In this document: positions 59,244 to 64,000 of the stretch, piece by piece
Layout of the letters: each line of letters starts with the position of its first letter
Numbering within the stretch: the stretch's first letter is position 1
Origin: Tetramitus jugosus
Lineage: Eukaryota > Protista > Heterolobosea
Assembly (NCBI GenBank): GCA_937625935.1
Contig: OW569345.1
Coordinates: 372,001 to 436,000, forward strand
Reading direction: 5' to 3'
DNA length: 64,000 nt
Program-made: the position numbers and the translations under genes
The notes under the pieces: generated by a model
Database searches by the model: none
Seen by the model: only the letters and a program-made list of their open reading frames with translations
What the model was told of the DNA's origin: nothing

Positions 59244-60770
59244 GATCAGTGCAAAATAACGACCTCCAAGCATGTCTCTTTGCGAATTGAAGACAAGATT
59301 ATGGTTACAAATCCTGAAGTAAAGATATTCGAGAATTGGTTCTTTCGTCGAATAAGCTTGTTAGGCATTTTCTTTCGTTGCTTGTTCTTCTCCGAAGAAA
59401 AGTTAAATGGTTCATTTAGAACCTTTATCGAATATACACACTCTCTTACCGCCACGAGAACTAATTCCTCACACCTTTGTACAGTGATCTAGCCATGTGA
59501 AGTTCCAGAAGATGGACAGTTCGACAACAGGTGTGAATATTTCATGAAACCATAACAATTCTCAATCTTCGGGCGGGAAGAATTCAAATATTGAGTTCTT
59601 GTATGTAGTATTCAGAGCAACGAGCCGAGAGGACATCCAGCGATTAACCTTAAAGAAATATGGATTCGGTTCTCACCTTCCGGTCATTCCACGTCCTCTG
59701 TCGTTAGTTGCTCCGGGGTGGTTGAGAGGGGGTGAACTTTTGGTTCTGGTGTTTAAATGCATTAGACTCACACGAGAGGAAACGGTGGGTAATTTAAATG
59801 ATGGACTGAGAGAAGGGAGAAAACTGAGGCTAGTAGTTTGTTCTTCGAAAACATTTACTGAGTGTTCAGATTCACTCAATATGCATCTTGGCTTGGGAGC
59901 CATTTGTGCGTCTGATGGCAAGCCAGCTTGAAGATCTTCAAGAGCCGCCTGTTGATATAAAAGCGCCTCAATATAATGTCAGACATTACGTGCACATTGT
60001 CGCAAGTCAAAATATCCCAAACGTAAAAGGTCAAACACTTGAGCACAAGCTCGAAACACTTTTTACAAGACCATTCAAGTTCTCAAATGTTTGGCGAGAG
60101 TCAGTTGCCATCTCTGAAAATAACGACTTCATACAGCCTGAACTTCCACGCCACCATTCAATACAACTGAAGTTGACTGCAATACCAATTGTTAGGATTA
60201 ATTAAGAGGCTAAAATTATGACAAGATTTTAGGAATTTAAATTACATAAATTAATATAATTTAATATAATATTGACTGTTAAAGTAATTATGGAAGGAAA
60301 TTGTATGATTAAATAAATATTTAAAGACCGTAAGACATCCGGACAGAAAACATCTTTGTAAGTGAGTGCTGCATGATGAATGATGTGTTCAGTGTCCACC
60401 AACCTTTCTGGCTATGTCGTGTTTTCGCTTAGTTAGGCATGGGCGGAGCAAGTATCAGTATGAGAGCAGTCTTGTGTGAAGGGCAGAATCATGACACATC
60501 ACTCATATAAACATGGTTTAAAGGACCACCACCCTGCTCCTTCATCAAGACCAGCACCTACTCGACCATCATTCAAAAGGTGAGATGACAGTCAAAGAAA
60601 GACATTGTTTGTGTTATGAAGCCACAAGCAATCCGCAAGTTGACCTCCAAACATATCATTGCTGTTGTTGAAAAGTATTGCGTCAGTAACATTTAGGAAT
60701 GGAAGACAGGAACAACGACCACGATCGAGTTCAAAAACGAGTGGATAAGACTCTGGTGCTTGTATTTTAT

Positions 60771-63700
60771 TTATGCTAACTTTCTCCAGGCAGGTGGATT
60801 GACTCTTCTCATGACAAACTTCACGATATAGATTGGGAGGCAACTGGCAGCAACAATCACCAACACTTTCCACCAAAAGTGCAAACTGAGGATAAATGGA
60901 ATATCAAAGTACGATGGAAGCAGGAATATGCTTCCAATATAAATACCAATACTCAAAATCTCTGAAAGAATCATGAGTATGTTCACCTTGTGCACCTCGA
61001 GAACAACCAGACACAACTCTGTCAGAATCAGTGCCGTGAACGATATGCTCTGAATTCTCAAAAAGTTGCTCTCGAATAAGAAGATGGCCAACAGCATAAT
61101 GATACCACCTTGGTACACTGCTTTCCACACCCAGGTCAAGAATGTTCTAAATGATAGGACACGCCCCAATTGAAGATCCGTGTACAGCTCTGGGTAGGTG
61201 AACGCCACTTGTCGTGTCACATCCTCATCAAACACAATGGTCAACACGGGCAACATGGTATAAAAGGTCGAATATCCTACAATGAGCCATCCAGTGAACA
61301 CTGGAATAGCAGCAAAGTAATAAATGGCAGAGAAAACAGCTTGAATAATGGAGATGATGAGCCCTCTGTGGATGACAAACTGGCTGAGACGTGCGGATCG
61401 CTTGTACGAGTTTCTTCCATGCCACAGAATGAGTTGTGTGCAGTATGAGAATTGATTGATGGAAAAGTCGGCGGCGAGTGAAGCGTGTCGACCTTCTTTG
61501 CCCACGATACCCAGTCCGACATCAGCTGCCTGAATCATACTCACATCATTGCCACCGTCACCAATCGCAGCCGTTCGCTTCTTGGTCACATGCTTGATGA
61601 GATCGACAATCGCAGCCTTCTGTGTCGGTGCACAACGGCAGCAAATCACAGCAGGTGCCTGTCTGGCCACGGCAACAAACTTGTCCTTGAGATGATCGAG
61701 ACAAATCTGGAGTGTGTCGCCATCGATAATGAGTGGCACATCGGGATCAGCAGCCGCCTCAAACAACTTGAGCTCGGCTTGAATCTTGTTTGGTGCAATG
61801 AGCTTAAAGATGGGTGCTCGAGAGCTGACGAGACGAGTGCTGCGAGCAATGCAGATGGCAGTCTCTACCTTGTCACCAGTCAACATCCATACCTTGATAC
61901 CGGCATTGCGAATCTCTACCAATGATTTCTGAACGTCCTCCTGCAACAAGTCCTCCACACCAGTCACACCCAAGAGATCCATGCCTTGTTCCAGTGTCAT
62001 TCTTACACTCTCCACCTTGTCTGCACGGTCTTGAAGTGCAGACTTTGCTTCATTGTATCGCTTGTTGAACTGATTAAACTCGTCCCATGTGAGCACCTTC
62101 TTGGCAAACACGAGTGTTCTCAGTCCTTCGAGTGCCAAGTTACCGCACTCCTCTTCGAGCCAATTGCTGCTCTTGACAATCTTTGTCATGACTACATCGG
62201 CCCCCTTGCAATAAAAGGTAATCTCTCCCGTGGATTGACTACGAACAACAATGCCCATTCTCTTGCTCTGTGATGTGAATGGGAAGATGAGCAAGACTTC
62301 AAATGTTTCGATGCGACCCAACGGATTACGAATGGTCATCTGAGTCAATGTTCGATCCTCCAGTGTCAATCCAACACTCTCAGAGAATTTGACCAGTGCA
62401 ATCTCATCGGGACTCGATGCCTGATATTCCTTTTCACTACCACTGATACTAGTGGTGCCACCTTCACTCAACTCGGCTGACACTGGTGTAACATTGTGGC
62501 ACAGTGCCAATGCTTCAATCATTTGTCTCACCATGTCATCTTCCATACTGCTAGAGTATGAACTGCTGCTGCTGCTGCTACCATGATGACCACCACCACT
62601 AATACCACTACTACCACTACTACTACTACTATTGGTGGTACTCATGTTCAACAAGAGTTGCTCCTGTTGTGCACCTCTCTGTTCATAGGCTCTCTTCAAA
62701 TACTGTTCAATCAATGGCAATGAATCCTCACTGAACGAAACAATACCCATGTTCAACTTTTTGAAAATCATTTCATTCTGAGTCAACGTGCCCGTCTTGT
62801 CCGTAAACAAGTACTCAATACGTCCCAACTCTTCAGGAATGGAACTGTTACGTACAATGGTTCCAGGTATAACCTTGTCTCTCATCATGAAGAATGAATA
62901 GACTGATTTGCCAACGTCCAAATTGACACGCAGACTAATGGGAATGATACTGGAGAAGAGGAGAACGAATCGGAAAAAGGTGATGAACCAGAGGCCTTGG
63001 AATCGTTTGAGAGCCACCATGATCAACGATAGAACAATCATGAGAACAAACAGGAATTTGGACAGGGTGTTGAGCTCTCGATCCAGTTTTCCCATCTTTG
63101 ACGAGGGAGAACTCGTGTTCATGACACTCTTTGTCTCATTACCAGTGTAAATGACGAGACCAATGACTGTTCCACTGGCTACGACCGTGTTGGCCCACAT
63201 GGTGTTCTCTAGACTGAGACTCTCCACACCTTCAATCTCACCATTGGCCGAATAGCGAGTAAAATTGCCCACAAAGTCATAAATTTCCTTTCGTGGTGGT
63301 TCAGCATACACGGCACAATAAGGCATCACACTACTGCTATTACTGCTATTATTATTGCTATTACTACTATTATTACTACTATCGTGATCCATCGTGTCAT
63401 CCAGTGATGGAGGACAATAGTGCTGAGAGATCAATGCCTCATCATAGGCCAACTTTTGACACGAGGGAACAGCATGACGCAACTTCCAATCCGTCTCACC
63501 ATCCAACTGATCCGTTCTCAAGAATGAAGCACCACTCTTCTCTGTTGTTCTCAACAGAATACAATCAGCTGGTACTCTCATGTTGGTGTGCATCTGGATC
63601 ATGTCACCTACTTTGATCTTTGAACTGGGAATGGTGATGAAACCGTTGCTTGTCAACTTTTGATACTTTTGACTGTTGGCTTCCACATCACGTCTCCATC

Positions 63701-63994
63701 TCTTGATATCATCAAACGCTTCTTTGGCCATGGTAATACTGAGGACGAATATGAGTGGTGCGACATAGGTGAACAGAAAACCAACCTTGAGCTGAGGAAT
63801 GAACTGTGTGACTGCCACCAACAAAAAGTAGAGATTGAAAAAGAATTTGAATTGTTCGAATAGGACCATGGGCACAAACATGAGAATGCTGTACTTTTGA
63901 TTTCGAACAATGTTGGGTGCATAGCGCTTCTTGTGAGGCAGTGTGAAACCATTGAGATACACTGTTCTGCCATGGTATCTTCTTCTTCTCAACA
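60771..63994 (-). CDS. NEO1: P4-ATPase phospholipid flippase NEO1/ATP9; 5' end lies beyond the window
   Basis: LDGETDWKLR, IIPISLRVNLD, DKTGTLT, ASSPDE, LTGDK, GDGGND. A CAG acceptor at 63997-63995 indicates an upstream exon outside the window. Confidence 0.95.
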
Positions 63995-64000
63995 CTGTAT

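Overview
This is a gene-dense eukaryotic (protist) nuclear region with about 30 protein-coding genes, very short intergenic spacers and short GT-AG introns (mostly 56-155 nt, often with CTAAC-like branch points). The standard genetic code is used. I found no rRNA, tRNA, CRISPR array or clear transposon. Mitochondrial genes: mS41/Fyv4, AFG3-type m-AAA protease, a PPR protein, ISCA2 and a nucleus-encoded mitochondrial FtsZ. Flagellar/centriolar genes: CDKL kinase, an LRR + Sfi1-like repeat protein and HYDIN. Mitotic genes: kinesin-10/KIF22, SKA1 and MAD2. Others: PDI, M1 aminopeptidase, CK1, PRP17, C1D, GPC1, RPS2, Ras, a PiT transporter, RTF2, UMP1, an RGS-START protein and NEO1/ATP9. The RGS-START protein, mitochondrial FtsZ and flagellar genes together suggest a discoban, probably heterolobosean, amoeboflagellate (inference). 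The most notable observations are: (1) the FtsZ ends in GFLRRLF, nearly identical to the MinD membrane-targeting helix, suggesting a self-anchoring Z-ring; (2) a single-ORF fusion of a PHD-type prolyl 4-hydroxylase and a GT60 GlcNAc-transferase, the first two steps of Skp1 oxygen sensing; (3) AATAAA signals built into stop codons; (4) a small mitotic gene cluster with E2F-like sites; and (5) a long fold-back intron inside the Ras P-loop.
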